NCBI GenBank assembly: GCA_016197205.1
Contig: JACPWG010000100.1
Coordinates: 8,250-72,249 of the forward strand
Source: Planctomycetota bacterium
Lineage (GTDB): Bacteria > Planctomycetota > MHYJ01 > WSZJ01 > JACPWG01
Length of the DNA: 64,000 nt
Direction of reading: 5' to 3'
Shown: piece by piece, positions 29,628-42,188 of the stretch
Layout: each line of letters begins with the position of its first letter
Numbering within the stretch: the first letter of the stretch is position 1
The notes under the pieces: generated by a model
What the model saw: only the letters and a program-made list of their open reading frames with translations
Told to the model about the DNA's origin: nothing
Databases searched by the model: none
Program-made: the position numbers and the translations under genes

Positions 29628-30517
29628 AGCAGGGGCTGGCGAAGACCCGGAACGCCTTCCGGCGGGTCCGCGACCTCTTTTCCGGCAACCGGGCGATCGA
29701 CGCGAAGCTCCTCGAGGAACTGGAGGAGGTCCTCATCACCTCCGACCTCGGGCTCTCGTCGACCACCATGCTCATCGCCCGCCTGCGCGAGGCCTACCAG
29801 GCCGGCCGCGTGAAGGACACGTCGCAGCTCTACGACTACCTGAAGGTCGAGCTGAAGCAGATGCTCACCCAGGGCGGGAACGTCGTGCGCATGGCGGCCG
29901 AGCCCCCCACCGTGGTGCTGGTCGTGGGCGTGAACGGGAGCGGGAAGACCACGTCGATCGCGAAGCTCGCGAGCTGGTTCACGAAGCAGGGGAAGACGGT
30001 CCTCCTCGCGGCCGGGGACACGTTCCGGGCGGCGGCCATCGAGCAGCTCGCGATCTGGAGCCAGCGCGTCGGCGTGGAGCTGATCCGGCACCAGACGGGC
30101 GCGGACCCGGCCGCCGTCGTTTTCGATGCGGCGCAGGCCGCGGCCGCGCGCAAGGTCGACCTCCTGCTCGTCGATACCGCGGGCCGGCTCCACACGAAGG
30201 CGAACCTGATGAAGGAACTGGAGAAGATGCATGCGGTGCTCGGGCGGAAGATCCCGGGCGCGCCGCACGAAGTGCTCCTCGTCCTCGACGCCACGACGGG
30301 CCAGAACGCCATCAACCAGGCCAAGATCTTCCACGAGGCGACGCGCGTGGACGGCATCTTCCTTTCGAAGCTGGACGGGACGGCCAAGGGCGGCATCGTC
30401 GTCGCGGTGAAGAACGAGATCGGGATCCCGGTGAAGTTCGTCGGCCTCGGCGAGACGCCGGAGGACGTCGAGGCCTTCGACGCAGACAAGTTCGTGGACG
30501 CGCTCTTCGCCGAGTGA
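29600..30517 (+). CDS. ftsY: SRP receptor
   Basis: GVNGSGKTT, DTFRAAA, DTAGR, DATTGQN, KLDGTAKGG. Confidence 0.97.
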   Translation: MFKGVLEKLKQGLAKTRNAFRRVRDLFSGNRAIDAKLLEELEEVLITSDLGLSSTTMLIARLREAYQAGRVKDTSQLYDYLKVELKQMLTQGGNVVRMAAEPPTVVLVVGVNGSGKTTSIAKLASWFTKQGKTVLLAAGDTFRAAAIEQLAIWSQRVGVELIRHQTGADPAAVVFDAAQAAAARKVDLLLVDTAGRLHTKANLMKELEKMHAVLGRKIPGAPHEVLLVLDATTGQNAINQAKIFHEATRVDGIFLSKLDGTAKGGIVVAVKNEIGIPVKFVGLGETPEDVEAFDADKFVDALFAE

Positions 30518-30544
30518 GGAGGTCGGAGGGAGTCGGCGACGAGG

Positions 30545-30934
30545 CCGAACCACGACGAAACCACAGGTTTCACAGCGCGGCGGGGCCGCAGCCAAGCGAC
30601 GACGGAACCACAGATTTCCCAGCGCAGCCGATGGCCGCAACCAAAGCTCGACGAACCACAGATTTCACAGATTACACAGATTGCGACGATTCTCATATGT
30701 GAAATCTGTGCAATCTGTGACACAAGCTCGCAAAAGCTTGTTTTTCTGGCGACGAATTCTCCGCAGAAAATTCGCGAAATCGGCGAAATGCGCGGTTCGT
30801 CTTTCGGTGTTTTCGGCGTCTTCGGTGGCTCGTCCCTTTGGTTGTGGCCAGCGGCTGCCCTGGGGTTTCGTCGACCCCGGGATCACCGAGAAAGGTTGCA
30901 AAAAAACAAGCTTTTGGGCTGTTGTGTCACAGAT
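30545..30934. mobile_element. Repeat mosaic: nonamer (CACAGATTT/A) arrays plus element 30712-30934 with TIR AATCTGTGACACAA..AAAAGCTTGTTTTT
   Basis: Inverted ends visible; about 130 bp near-identical to 36461-36587. Confidence 0.8.
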
Positions 30935-31019
30935 TCGGATGCGGTGAGATCTCGAGCAAGCCGTGGTTGCCGTGCGCTCCACTTCTTGGGCGCGGAGCAG
31001 CACCCTTTCAGGGCACCTT

Positions 31020-31643
31020 ATGTTCCGCGAAAAGACGATTCAAGAGTTCGTGACCGCGCTTTCCGCCAAGACCCCGACGCCGGGGGGCGGCACGGCTGCC
31101 GCGGTCGCCGGCGCGTTTGGCGCCGCGCTCGGACACATGGTGGTGCAGTTCTCGGTCGGACGCACCGACCTGGCCCCGTACGAGGGGGACCTCGTGCGAC
31201 GCGGCAAGGAACTGGACGGGTTGTCGAGCGATCTCCTGCGGCTCGCGGACGACGACGCCGCGGCGTACGACGCGTACACGGCTGCCGGGAAGCTCCCCCG
31301 GACCACGCCCGAGGAAAAGGAGGCGCGCCGCGCCGCGCGTGAGGCCGCGCTCCGGCGCGCGCTCGAGGTCCCATTGGAGGGGATGCGCAAGGCGCTGGCC
31401 GTGCTGCGGGCGGTGCACTTCCTCGCCGCCCGCTCGAACCCGCACCTCGCGAGCGACGTCGGCGTCGGCGGGCTCCTCGCGTTCGCGGCACTTCGCGGCT
31501 GCCGGTTCAATGTCGACACGAACCTCGCCTCGCTCGCGGACGCCTCGGGGACCGGCCCCGTGCGCGAGGAGGCCGACAAGCTGGAAGCGGACGCGGGCAA
31601 GCTGCACGAGGACCTGCTGGCTCGACTCCGGCCGAGGGCCTAG
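31020..31643 (+). CDS. Cyclodeaminase/cyclohydrolase (FTCD C-terminal / FchA family)
   Basis: PTPGGG.AAA, L..LADDDAAAY, VPL, SDVGVG, NV..NL; next to purN. Confidence 0.9.
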   Translation: MFREKTIQEFVTALSAKTPTPGGGTAAAVAGAFGAALGHMVVQFSVGRTDLAPYEGDLVRRGKELDGLSSDLLRLADDDAAAYDAYTAAGKLPRTTPEEKEARRAAREAALRRALEVPLEGMRKALAVLRAVHFLAARSNPHLASDVGVGGLLAFAALRGCRFNVDTNLASLADASGTGPVREEADKLEADAGKLHEDLLARLRPRA

Positions 31644-31773
31644 TGGCCCGTTGACGAAGTCCAGGCACGATGCCCGGGGGCGCGGGCCTCCGGCCCGCGC
31701 GAACGGCCGCATGGGTTACGACCCGCCGTGACAGAATGGACGACTGTGTCCGAAGTTCGTCAACGGGCCACCA
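31641..31773. mobile_element. MITE-like element (TIR TAGTGGCCCGTTGACGAA), copy 2
   Basis: TIRs; its TAG is the stop codon of the upstream gene. Confidence 0.85.
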
Positions 31774-31788
31774 GCAGCAAGAGGTCGC

Positions 31789-32424
31789 ATGCCCATCGCG
31801 GAGCCGCTCCGCCTCGCGGTCCTTCTCTCGGGCTCGGGTCGCACCCTGCAAAACCTGATCGACCGGATTGCCGCCGGCCGGCTGGCGGCGCGCATCGTCC
31901 AGGTCGTTGGGTCCCGGGCCGACGCCTACGGCCTCGAGCGTGCCCGTCGCGCCGAAATTCCCGCTTCGTGCGTCCCGCGCAAGGCCCACCCCGACGACGC
32001 TTCCTTCGGCCACGCGATCGACGAGGCGCTTCGCACCAGCCCGTTCGACCTGCTCGTGCTGGCGGGCTTTCTCCACTATTACTGCGTGCCGCCCGCCCTC
32101 TCCGGTCGCGTGCTCAACATCCATCCCGCGCTGCTGCCGGCCTTCGGCGGCAAGGGCTATTACGGGGACCGCGTCCACCGGGCGGTCCTGGAGTCCGGGG
32201 CGCGCGTGAGCGGCTGCACCGTGCACTTCGTGGACGACCAGTACGACCACGGCGCGATCGTTCTGCAGAGAGTCTGCCCGGTCCTCGACGACGACAGCGT
32301 AGAGAGCCTCGGCGCACGGGTCTTCGCGGAAGAGTGCGAGGCGCTGCCGGAGGCGATCCGACTCTTCGGGGAGGGCCGGCTCCGCATCGAGGGCCGGCGC
32401 GTGCGGCTGCTCCCGGCCCGGTAA
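31789..32424 (+). CDS. purN: Phosphoribosylglycinamide formyltransferase
   Basis: LSGSGRTLQ, LAGF, NIHPALLPAF, SGCTVHFV..YDHG. Confidence 0.96.
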   Translation: MPIAEPLRLAVLLSGSGRTLQNLIDRIAAGRLAARIVQVVGSRADAYGLERARRAEIPASCVPRKAHPDDASFGHAIDEALRTSPFDLLVLAGFLHYYCVPPALSGRVLNIHPALLPAFGGKGYYGDRVHRAVLESGARVSGCTVHFVDDQYDHGAIVLQRVCPVLDDDSVESLGARVFAEECEALPEAIRLFGEGRLRIEGRRVRLLPAR

Positions 32425-32522
32425 TACGCGCCGCGCGAAGGTCGCGAGGACAGCCGACCCCGAAATCGTTGTTCCGACACGCGTAAGCGCGGTCCCCGCC
32501 CGGCCCGCAGGCTCGATTTTTC

Positions 32523-32550
32523 TTGAAAATCGAGGGGCGCTTGCTATACT
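32523..32550 (+). promoter_or_regulatory. Sigma70 promoter
   Basis: TTGAAA-N16-TATACT with extended TG. Confidence 0.7.
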
Positions 32551-32813
32551 CGCGCCGCCTCCGACGCAGGAGGGGGTGTCGTCTTTCCCGGGGGACAGCG
32601 GGGACCAGGCAATGGGCCGGGAGCCGTGATCCGTTGCGCGGAGGCGCAAACGTTCCCGGTCGATGGCGACGCGCTTTCCCGGTGGAGGAGACGGTCGGGC
32701 CTGCGCCCCGAAGCTCGCGGGAGCGAGCGGAGGGGGGGGTGAGGGGTGCCACGGGCGTCCGGCCCATGGCCGACTTTGGTTGCGGTTACGAGCGTTAGGA
32801 AGGAGAGACGGGT

Positions 32814-33647
32814 ATGCTGATGCTATTTGGGAACGTGAGGGCGAGCACGATGTCCTCTGTTCTCCAAATCGCCGCCTATGCCTTCGTCATCATCGGCGCC
32901 GTGGTGCCGGCCACCTTCCTTTCGCTTTCGAAGGCCCCGCAGATCGACACGCAGGCCGAGGTCCTACTCTGCCTGTTCGGCTTCGGGTGCCTCGCCGCCG
33001 CGCTGGTCCTCTTCGGGCTGGGCGTCGGGATGCAGGAGGTCGAGCGACTGCGCGGCACCGTCGAGGGCAGTCTGGAGTCCATGTCCTCGTTCGGCGGCTC
33101 GGCGCCGGCCGCCAGCCCGCGCGCTTCCACGCCGAAGGAACGGGAAGACCTGGAGAGGCTTGAGGCGAAGCAGGCAATGGACGCCGTCAAGACCTACATC
33201 GACTTGGAAATGTGGGTCCTCGCGCTCCAGAAAGCGGAGGACCTGACCCAGAAGTTCCCGAAGAGCCCCGAGGCGGAGAAGGTCCGCAAGAACATCGACC
33301 AGATCCGCAAGCGCGTCGAGGAGACCCGGGTGCCTGCCGGCGCCAAGGCGCCCGCACCGGCGGCCCCGGCCCCGTCCGGCGGACCCAGCGGCAGCGGCGC
33401 CGCCGCGGCCATCGCGAAGATGGCCCCGAAGGTACTCGCCGCCGCGCCCAGGCCGGTGCCGGCGAAGCCCGCGCCCAAACCCGCGGCGCCGGAGAAGAAG
33501 GCCGAGCCCGCCCCTGCGCCGGCCACGCCCGCGGCCGAGTCCAAGCCTGCGGATGCAGCACCTGCTGCCACCCCCGCCGCCGAAGCCAAGAAGGAAGAGG
33601 CCCCCAAGCCGCCCGAGGCCCCGTCGACGCCGGCCCCAGCGCCGTAA
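32814..33647 (+). CDS. Hypothetical 2-TM protein with TPR-like helix pair and Pro/Ala/Lys-rich tail
   Basis: AGGAG RBS; GC3-biased codons; QKFPKSPEA. Confidence 0.8.
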   Translation: MLMLFGNVRASTMSSVLQIAAYAFVIIGAVVPATFLSLSKAPQIDTQAEVLLCLFGFGCLAAALVLFGLGVGMQEVERLRGTVEGSLESMSSFGGSAPAASPRASTPKEREDLERLEAKQAMDAVKTYIDLEMWVLALQKAEDLTQKFPKSPEAEKVRKNIDQIRKRVEETRVPAGAKAPAPAAPAPSGGPSGSGAAAAIAKMAPKVLAAAPRPVPAKPAPKPAAPEKKAEPAPAPATPAAESKPADAAPAATPAAEAKKEEAPKPPEAPSTPAPAP

Positions 33648-33759
33648 CGCGAACCCGGAGAGCGACACGCACCCGCGTCCTGTCCGCGGCCGCAAGCACG
33701 CTCGGAAAATCCGCGCGGGGACGCGGAGAGAGCCTCTTCGCCCCTCGAGCACGCTTCCT

Positions 33760-33873
33760 GGGCTCGCGGACTCTGAGCCTTGAACTTTGAGCCTTGTCTG
33801 AACATTGAGCCTTGAGCCTGTTCCCGAGGAACTCCCTGGTTTCCGAACTGCATGAGTTGATTTTTTACGGGCT

Positions 33874-33874
<1 letters not shown>
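33760..33874. repeat. Partial GGGCCCGTAA-family element with (CTTGAGC/CTTGAAC) heptamers
   Basis: Matches 42588-42704 and 52466-52582; terminus overlaps tgt stop. Confidence 0.8.
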
Positions 33875-36269
<2,395 letters not shown>

Positions 36270-36401
36270 GCCATGTCTCCGTGTCGGCGCGGCAACGCCG
36301 TGCCATTTCGATTCACCGCGCATCCTCCGCGTCTCTGCGCTGCGATCCCGTGAAAGTTCGTGTTCTTGCGACAATTCTGCGCTGCTCGAACGCCACGAAA
36401 A

Positions 36402-36670
36402 GCACGGATTTCACAGATTCAACGAGATTACCCCGATTACGAATCTGTGAAATCGTCGTCAATCCGTGACACAAGCCGGCAAAAACTTTTTTTCCGGCAA
36501 CGAATTCTCCGCAGAAAATTCGCGAAATCGGCGAAATGCGCGGTTCGTCTTTCGGTGTTTTCGGCGTCTTCGGTGGCTCGTCCCTTAGGGTTGCGGTCGT
36601 CGGCTGCACTGGGAAATCCGTGGTTCCGTCGTCGCCGGGCTGCAGCCCAGCCGCGCACTGTCTCTGCGGT
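36402..36670. repeat. Second copy of the nonamer mosaic seen at 30545-30934
   Basis: GAATTCTCCGCAGAAAATTCGCGAAATCGGCGAAATGCGCGGTTCG.. identical. Confidence 0.85.
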
Positions 36671-36694
36671 TACGGGGCCTCTTCTCCATCGACC

Positions 36695-37615
36695 CTACGC
36701 CGGTGCCTGCCCCTCGGGCGCGGGGACGATCCGGTTGCGCCCGCCCGACTTCGCGCGGTACAGGTTCCGGTCCGCGGCTTCGATCAACTCCTTCTCCCCC
36801 GAGGCGTCCTCGGGAAATGACGCGACCCCGCCGCTCACGCTCACGCGCCCGAGCGGCTGGGTCTTGCCGCCCGCGAATTCCGCGGCCTCGACCTTCTTGC
36901 GCACCGCTTCGGCGAAGTGCACGGCGTCCTCGCTGGAGGCGCCGTAGAGGAGGCCGACGAACTCCTCGCCTCCGTACCGGGCGATGATGTCGCCGCGCCG
37001 GCCTGCGCCCTTCACGAGGGAGGCCACCTTGACCAGCGCGACGTTCCCCTCTTCGTGGCCGTTCACGTCATTGTAGTGCTTGAAGTGGTCGATGTCGAAG
37101 ATCACGAGGGAGACATGGTCACCGGTATGGTCCGCGCGCTCGAGCTCGAGGCGCAGGCGTTCCTTGAAGAAGCCGAAGTTGTAGAGCCGGGTCAGGGAGT
37201 CGACGATCGCCCGATCGTGGACGCGCGTCACCCGTTCCGTGAGGCTGCGGACGCGCTCGACCTGGAGGCAGAAGAGCGATTCGAGAATCTCGGGCCGGCG
37301 CCGGAAGGTCGCGCGAAACTCGGCGGCCGGGACGCGCAGCAGGCGGCATTCGGTACGCGCCCGGACGGTGGCCGACCGCGCGCGCCCGTCGAGGCTCGCC
37401 AGCTCCCCCACCACGGCGCCGGGTTCGAGGATGCGCAGCACGATGACGTCGCCGCTCTCCGTCGCATGCGTCACCTCCAGGTTCCCTTGGAGGAGGAGTA
37501 CGACCTGGTCGCTCGGGTCCCCTTCCTTCCAGAGAACGACCCCGGCGGCCAGCGTCGACTCGACGCCGATGCTTGCGAACTCCGAAAAATATTCAGGCAG
37601 CCGCTCGTCACCCAT
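36695..37615 (-). CDS. cNMP-binding-domain diguanylate cyclase
   Basis: VGELASLDGRARSATVRA (PBC); DIDHFK..ND..GH; RRGD I-site; RYGGEEF. Confidence 0.93.
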   Translation of the reverse strand: MGDERLPEYFSEFASIGVESTLAAGVVLWKEGDPSDQVVLLLQGNLEVTHATESGDVIVLRILEPGAVVGELASLDGRARSATVRARTECRLLRVPAAEFRATFRRRPEILESLFCLQVERVRSLTERVTRVHDRAIVDSLTRLYNFGFFKERLRLELERADHTGDHVSLVIFDIDHFKHYNDVNGHEEGNVALVKVASLVKGAGRRGDIIARYGGEEFVGLLYGASSEDAVHFAEAVRKKVEAAEFAGGKTQPLGRVSVSGGVASFPEDASGEKELIEAADRNLYRAKSGGRNRIVPAPEGQAPA

Positions 37616-37684
37616 GGTCCGCCATCTCTTCGTCCGGCTCAGCCTCGGAGCTTGCCTGGGAGCAAACACGCTCGCCGGCGCGGC

Positions 37685-40138
37685 TCACTTCTCGTGGAAC
37701 GTCCACACGCCGTCCCAGTCCTCCGGCGGGGCTTCCCGGAGGAAGTGCTCACAACGGCCCACGTACAGCTTCGACACCTCGTCCCCCGGGTGGAGCCGGC
37801 CGGCGTCCGCGAAGCAGACCCGGGCGCGCGTCCAGTCCCGGGCGCGGTAGGACGCGAGCCCGGCATGGTGCGCGGCGAGAACCTCCGCCATCCGCGGAAA
37901 CGACTCCTCGTCCCTGCCGTCCAGGATCTCGAAGATCCCCACCGGCTGGGTCTTCCCCTTCACGCGGATCCGGTCGATCTCGCGCGTCCGGTGGGGCTTC
38001 ACGAAATCGCCGACGGTGAACTCGGTCGCGAGGATTTCCGTGCCGTAGCGCTTGTTCGCCCCTTCCAGGCGCGACGCCAGGTTCACGCCGTCCCCGACGA
38101 CCGTGTATTCCATCCGCTTGGGCGAACCGATGTTCCCCGAGACCACTTCGCCCGTGTTGATCCCGATGTGGGTCACGAGCGGGGTCCTGCCCTCGGCGGC
38201 GAAAGAGCGATTCAGGGGGCGGATGGCCCGCAGCATGCCCACGGCGGCGTCGACCGCGTGGTCGGCATCCTCGGGGCCGGCGAAGGGCACGCCGAAGACC
38301 GCCATGAGCGCGTCGCCGATGTACTTGTCGAGCACGCCCCCCTTTTCGAGCACCACGTCCACCAGGCGACTGAAGTAACTGTTCAGCATGCCGACCGTCC
38401 CCTGCGGTCCGATCCGTTCGGCGATTTGCGTGAAGTCCCGGATATCGCTGAAGAGGATGGTCGCGCGCAGGACCTTCCCGCCGAGCGCGCCCTCCCCCTC
38501 GGCCAGCAGCCGATCCGCGAGTTCCTTCGACATGTACCTCGCCATGGTGCTGCGTAAGCGCTTCTCCCGGGTCAGGTCCTCGAGCAGGAGGAGGCAGCCG
38601 GCCCGCGCCTCCCGGCGCTCCCCCAGCGGCACGACGGTGAGGTTCAAGGACGCGGAGCCGACCGGCCCGTCCCCGACCTCGCGCGCCCCGCCGCCCGCCT
38701 CGCGGCCCGCGGAGGACGCGGGCGTCGAAGTCGCGCGCCGCGACCAGGAGAGCGCCAGCTCGACATCGACGGCGACCTGCGGCTCCCCTTGACGTTCCAT
38801 CGCCTCGATGCTGCGGACGACCCAGGCGTTGTCCCCGTCGAAGAACTCCCGCGCCGCGCGGCCGAGCATCGCCTGCGGCGCGGATTCCAGGCCCGTGAGG
38901 CGGAGCGCCGCACGGTTCGCTTTCACGATCCGGCCGTCCGCATCGAGCGTGATGACGCCGTTCGTCATGCTCTCCAGGATCCCCTCGTTGTAGCGGTGCA
39001 GCGAGAGGAGGTCCTCGAAGTGCTGGGCGTTCTGGAGGGCGATCGAGGCCTGGGCGCAGAACCCGCGCAGCCGGTCCTCGTCCGAGGCGGTGAACACGCC
39101 CCCCTTCTTGTTCAGCACCTGGATGACCGCGGAGACCTGGTCGTCCCGATTCACGACCGGCATGGAGAGGATGCTCCTCGTCCTGCCGTGCGTGAGCTGG
39201 TCCATCTCGGGGCTGAACCGGGGGTCCAGATAGGCATCCGCGACATTGACCGTCTCCCGGCGGGCGAAGGTGCTGCCGAGGAGGCCCTGGTCCGCGGGGA
39301 AGCGCGCGTTCTGCAAGGCCGCGTCCTCGGCCACGCGGGCCCACAGCTCCTTTTTTTTCGGATCATACATGAAGAGCGTGGCCTTTTCGGCGTCGAGGAT
39401 GCCCTTGACCGACTCCATGATTTTCTGGAGCAGCGGCTCGAGCTGCAGCTCGCGTGCGAGCGCGGAGGTGACCTCCAGGAGCTTGCTCTCCTCCTCGCGC
39501 GCGCGGACGACCTCCTCGTGGAGCTGGGCATTCACGAAGGCCGAGCTGGCCTGGGCGGTGAGCGCGGCGAGGACCTCCACGTCCCGATCGTCGAAGGGGC
39601 CGGACCGTTTGTTCAGGACCTGGGCGACGCCGATCACGACGCCGCCGGCCTCGGCGGAGCAGCGGATGGGGACACAGAGGATGTTGCGCGTGCGATAGCC
39701 GGTCGCGCGGTCCACGGCGGGGTTGAATCGCGGGTCCGCGTAGGCGTCGGGAATGAGGAGGGGCGTGCCGCTCGTGAAGACCGCGCCGGCGATGCCGCGG
39801 TCGCTGGGAAAGCGGATGCACGACATGAGCGGGTCCCCGGAGGCGCGCGTGTACAGTTCCCCGGTGCGCCGGTCCCGGAGGAAGATCGTGCAACGCTCCG
39901 AATCGAGGAACTCCATCACGAGCCCGGTGAGGCGGCCGAGGAGGACGTTGACGGACATGGAGTCCGAGACGTTGCGGGAGACCTCGAGGAGGGAGGACAT
40001 GCGGACGAGGAGCGCGGAGAGCTTGTCCAGGAAATCGTTCTGGTCCTTGCGGACCAGCGACTCGAGCGTGCCGCGCAGGGAGTCCGCCTGGGGACGCTGC
40101 GCGACGATCCGCCCGAGGACATCCAACTCGTTCGTCAA
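37685..40138 (-). CDS. GAF-GAF-PAS class IIIb adenylate cyclase (CyaB-like architecture)
   Basis: Two NK..F...D(x)E GAFs; PAS; FSDIRDFT, DKYIGDA, EYTVVGDGVNLASRLE; C-terminal TPR/WDGVW. Confidence 0.93.
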   Translation of the reverse strand: MTNELDVLGRIVAQRPQADSLRGTLESLVRKDQNDFLDKLSALLVRMSSLLEVSRNVSDSMSVNVLLGRLTGLVMEFLDSERCTIFLRDRRTGELYTRASGDPLMSCIRFPSDRGIAGAVFTSGTPLLIPDAYADPRFNPAVDRATGYRTRNILCVPIRCSAEAGGVVIGVAQVLNKRSGPFDDRDVEVLAALTAQASSAFVNAQLHEEVVRAREEESKLLEVTSALARELQLEPLLQKIMESVKGILDAEKATLFMYDPKKKELWARVAEDAALQNARFPADQGLLGSTFARRETVNVADAYLDPRFSPEMDQLTHGRTRSILSMPVVNRDDQVSAVIQVLNKKGGVFTASDEDRLRGFCAQASIALQNAQHFEDLLSLHRYNEGILESMTNGVITLDADGRIVKANRAALRLTGLESAPQAMLGRAAREFFDGDNAWVVRSIEAMERQGEPQVAVDVELALSWSRRATSTPASSAGREAGGGAREVGDGPVGSASLNLTVVPLGERREARAGCLLLLEDLTREKRLRSTMARYMSKELADRLLAEGEGALGGKVLRATILFSDIRDFTQIAERIGPQGTVGMLNSYFSRLVDVVLEKGGVLDKYIGDALMAVFGVPFAGPEDADHAVDAAVGMLRAIRPLNRSFAAEGRTPLVTHIGINTGEVVSGNIGSPKRMEYTVVGDGVNLASRLEGANKRYGTEILATEFTVGDFVKPHRTREIDRIRVKGKTQPVGIFEILDGRDEESFPRMAEVLAAHHAGLASYRARDWTRARVCFADAGRLHPGDEVSKLYVGRCEHFLREAPPEDWDGVWTFHEK

Positions 40139-40313
40139 GCTCGGCGCTCCGTTTTGGGTTCCGCACCCGAGACGTGGAGGACTTGCCGGTCCCCGCCCGT
40201 CGCTCGGGGCGCGTGCGGAGAAGGCATGGGCAGGCGGACGGGATTGTAACGCGTGCGGGCGCCGGGAGGCAAGGTGAAGTTGCGGCGCCGGGGCGGCGCC
40301 GGAGCGAGGCTTA

Positions 40314-40690
40314 GGGCCCGTAAAGGAACAAGTCAGGCAACTCGGAAACCGTGGACTTCCTCAGGAAAAGGCTCAAGGCTCAATGATCAATTTTCAGGCA
40401 AGGCTCAAAGTTCAAGGTTCAGAGTCCGCGATTCCGTGCCCGGGCTACGTTCCGAGGTGGTCTTTGAGAATTGAACCTTGAGCATTGAAAATTCTTGTCG
40501 TCTCCCTGCGCGTCAAACGAGCACGTTATTTTCTTCAACAAGCCGAAATGAAGCTAAAATCGATCTCTCAGTGCGTTGCCCGCGATTATCGCCGGTAGAG
40601 GAGGGTGGACTCGGCGCCCGGCCTCTGCGTCTCCGCGTCTCTGTGTAAAAGTCCCGCATTCGACCCACACGGCCGGTCCGAATTTCAAAT
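40314..40690. mobile_element. Composite of the GGGCCCGTAA-family element (reverse of 42189 type) fused to the 24351-type module
   Basis: 40314-40535 is the reverse complement of 52328-52582; 40535-40690 is the reverse complement of about 24478-24632. Confidence 0.8.
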
Positions 40691-42019
40691 GGCGTAGAGG
40701 TCTTCGCGGCACGGGCACTCGACGACGAGCGCGAAGGGATCGATCCGGATCTGGCCGAGCGTGCGCGCCTCGCGGCCCGGCCGCGGCGACGAGACACAGC
40801 CTCCGGCTTCGAGCGACGCGGTCCAGCGCAGGCGCACCAAGGCCTCCGACTCCGCCACCGGCTCCACCGACATCCAGTCCCGCACCGCGTCGGCGACGAC
40901 CGCGGCCTCGCGGTGTTCGTAGCGCACGCGCCCGCCGCGCTCCGCTGACCCGCCCGCAGGCCACCCCGCCCCCACCGACTCCAGGTCTTCCGGACTCGGC
41001 TCGGGCATCCGCAGCCGCCCCGGCGCCCCGGCCGGCCAACGCGCCGCGCGGCCCCCATTCGCCCGCGCATAGTCGCGCATGGAGGCGATCTCCGTCCAGA
41101 GGTCCTCCTCCGTGCAGCGCCCCCGCCACTCCGACTCGTCGGAGAAGCGTACCCCGATCGCCGCTTCGAGCGCGCGCAGGTCCGGCAGGGTGCGTTCCGC
41201 GGCGAGCCCCTGCCCGAGTTCGGCGGCGGTCGCAGGGCCGGCTTCGTCGGCCCGCGCACCGGCTGCATCGGCGGACGGGAGGCTCGCGGAGGCTTTCTGG
41301 AAGAGACGCCAGTCGACCTCGGCGTCGACGAGCGGCTCGCCGGCGAAGGCGCAGACCCGCACGCGCTCTTGCGGGAGAGAGAGGCCGTGCCGTCGGGCGA
41401 GCAGGACGCCGCCCCAGAGGAGTTGGCGGGCGAGTCGGGGAGCGCAGCGTTCGAACGGGCCCGCCCCTTCGAAAGCGGCCGCCGGGCCGAGCTCGCGGAA
41501 CACGCGTTTCGGGACGGGTTGCGTACGAAAGGCCTCGCGCAGGCCAAGCCCCCAGCGGTCAACCAGGTAGAAGGCGGACCAGACTTCACCGGCGAATTCG
41601 CGCGCGAAGAGGAGGAGCACCATGCCGGAGCGAGGTCCGCCGGAGAGCAGGTACGTACCGAAGAGGGGAGCGTCGTCTGGGACCACCGCCATGCGAAAGG
41701 CGATGGGGAGTGGATCCGTGTAGAGTTCCGAATCGGCGGTGATCCGGCGGGGCGGCTGTCGTAAGGGACGTCGCGTCCGCTCCCCAACCCGCGCGGTGCC
41801 GGCAGGGTCGGTCGGCTCGATGACGACGCCGGGTCCGGAGCCATGGAGAGTGATCGGCTCGCCGGCGTCCGCGCACGGAGGGTGCGTGGACGTTGTGCCG
41901 GGAGCTTGTTCCTGCGGCAAGGGTCTGCTCCTTCTCGGGTAGCCCTGCTGGATCCACCGCGTGGCCAACGCCCGATAACGAAGCGATCTTACCGCGGGTT
42001 TCGCCGCTGCGCAAGTCAT
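40685..42019 (-). CDS. Hypothetical protein (start uncertain; stop supplied by adjacent repeat)
   Basis: Protein-like core FYLVDRWGLGLREAF..LARQLLWGG; ends at repeat boundary. Confidence 0.55.
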   Translation of the reverse strand: MTCAAAKPAVRSLRYRALATRWIQQGYPRRSRPLPQEQAPGTTSTHPPCADAGEPITLHGSGPGVVIEPTDPAGTARVGERTRRPLRQPPRRITADSELYTDPLPIAFRMAVVPDDAPLFGTYLLSGGPRSGMVLLLFAREFAGEVWSAFYLVDRWGLGLREAFRTQPVPKRVFRELGPAAAFEGAGPFERCAPRLARQLLWGGVLLARRHGLSLPQERVRVCAFAGEPLVDAEVDWRLFQKASASLPSADAAGARADEAGPATAAELGQGLAAERTLPDLRALEAAIGVRFSDESEWRGRCTEEDLWTEIASMRDYARANGGRAARWPAGAPGRLRMPEPSPEDLESVGAGWPAGGSAERGGRVRYEHREAAVVADAVRDWMSVEPVAESEALVRLRWTASLEAGGCVSSPRPGREARTLGQIRIDPFALVVECPCREDLYAI

Positions 42020-42080
42020 ATTTTATGCTTTGTAAACTGCGGAGTGCGTGCCTCGTGAGACCGGACTCCTGACCGGCAGA

Positions 42081-42110
42081 TTGACAACCCACCGCGCCGG
42101 GTGATACGAT
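42081..42110 (+). promoter_or_regulatory. Sigma70 promoter, probably of dnaE
   Basis: TTGACA-N18-TACGAT. Confidence 0.55.
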
Positions 42111-42188
42111 GCGCCGCGTTCCGATAACGACCCTTGGCCCGCCGCCGCCGTCGGCCAACGGTCCGCGCAAGGGGTGCCGCAGCCCAAA

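Noticed and set aside
12993-32550. Apparent 16-bp promoter spacer preference
   Set aside because: Other promoters in the window show 17-18 bp; small hand-picked sample
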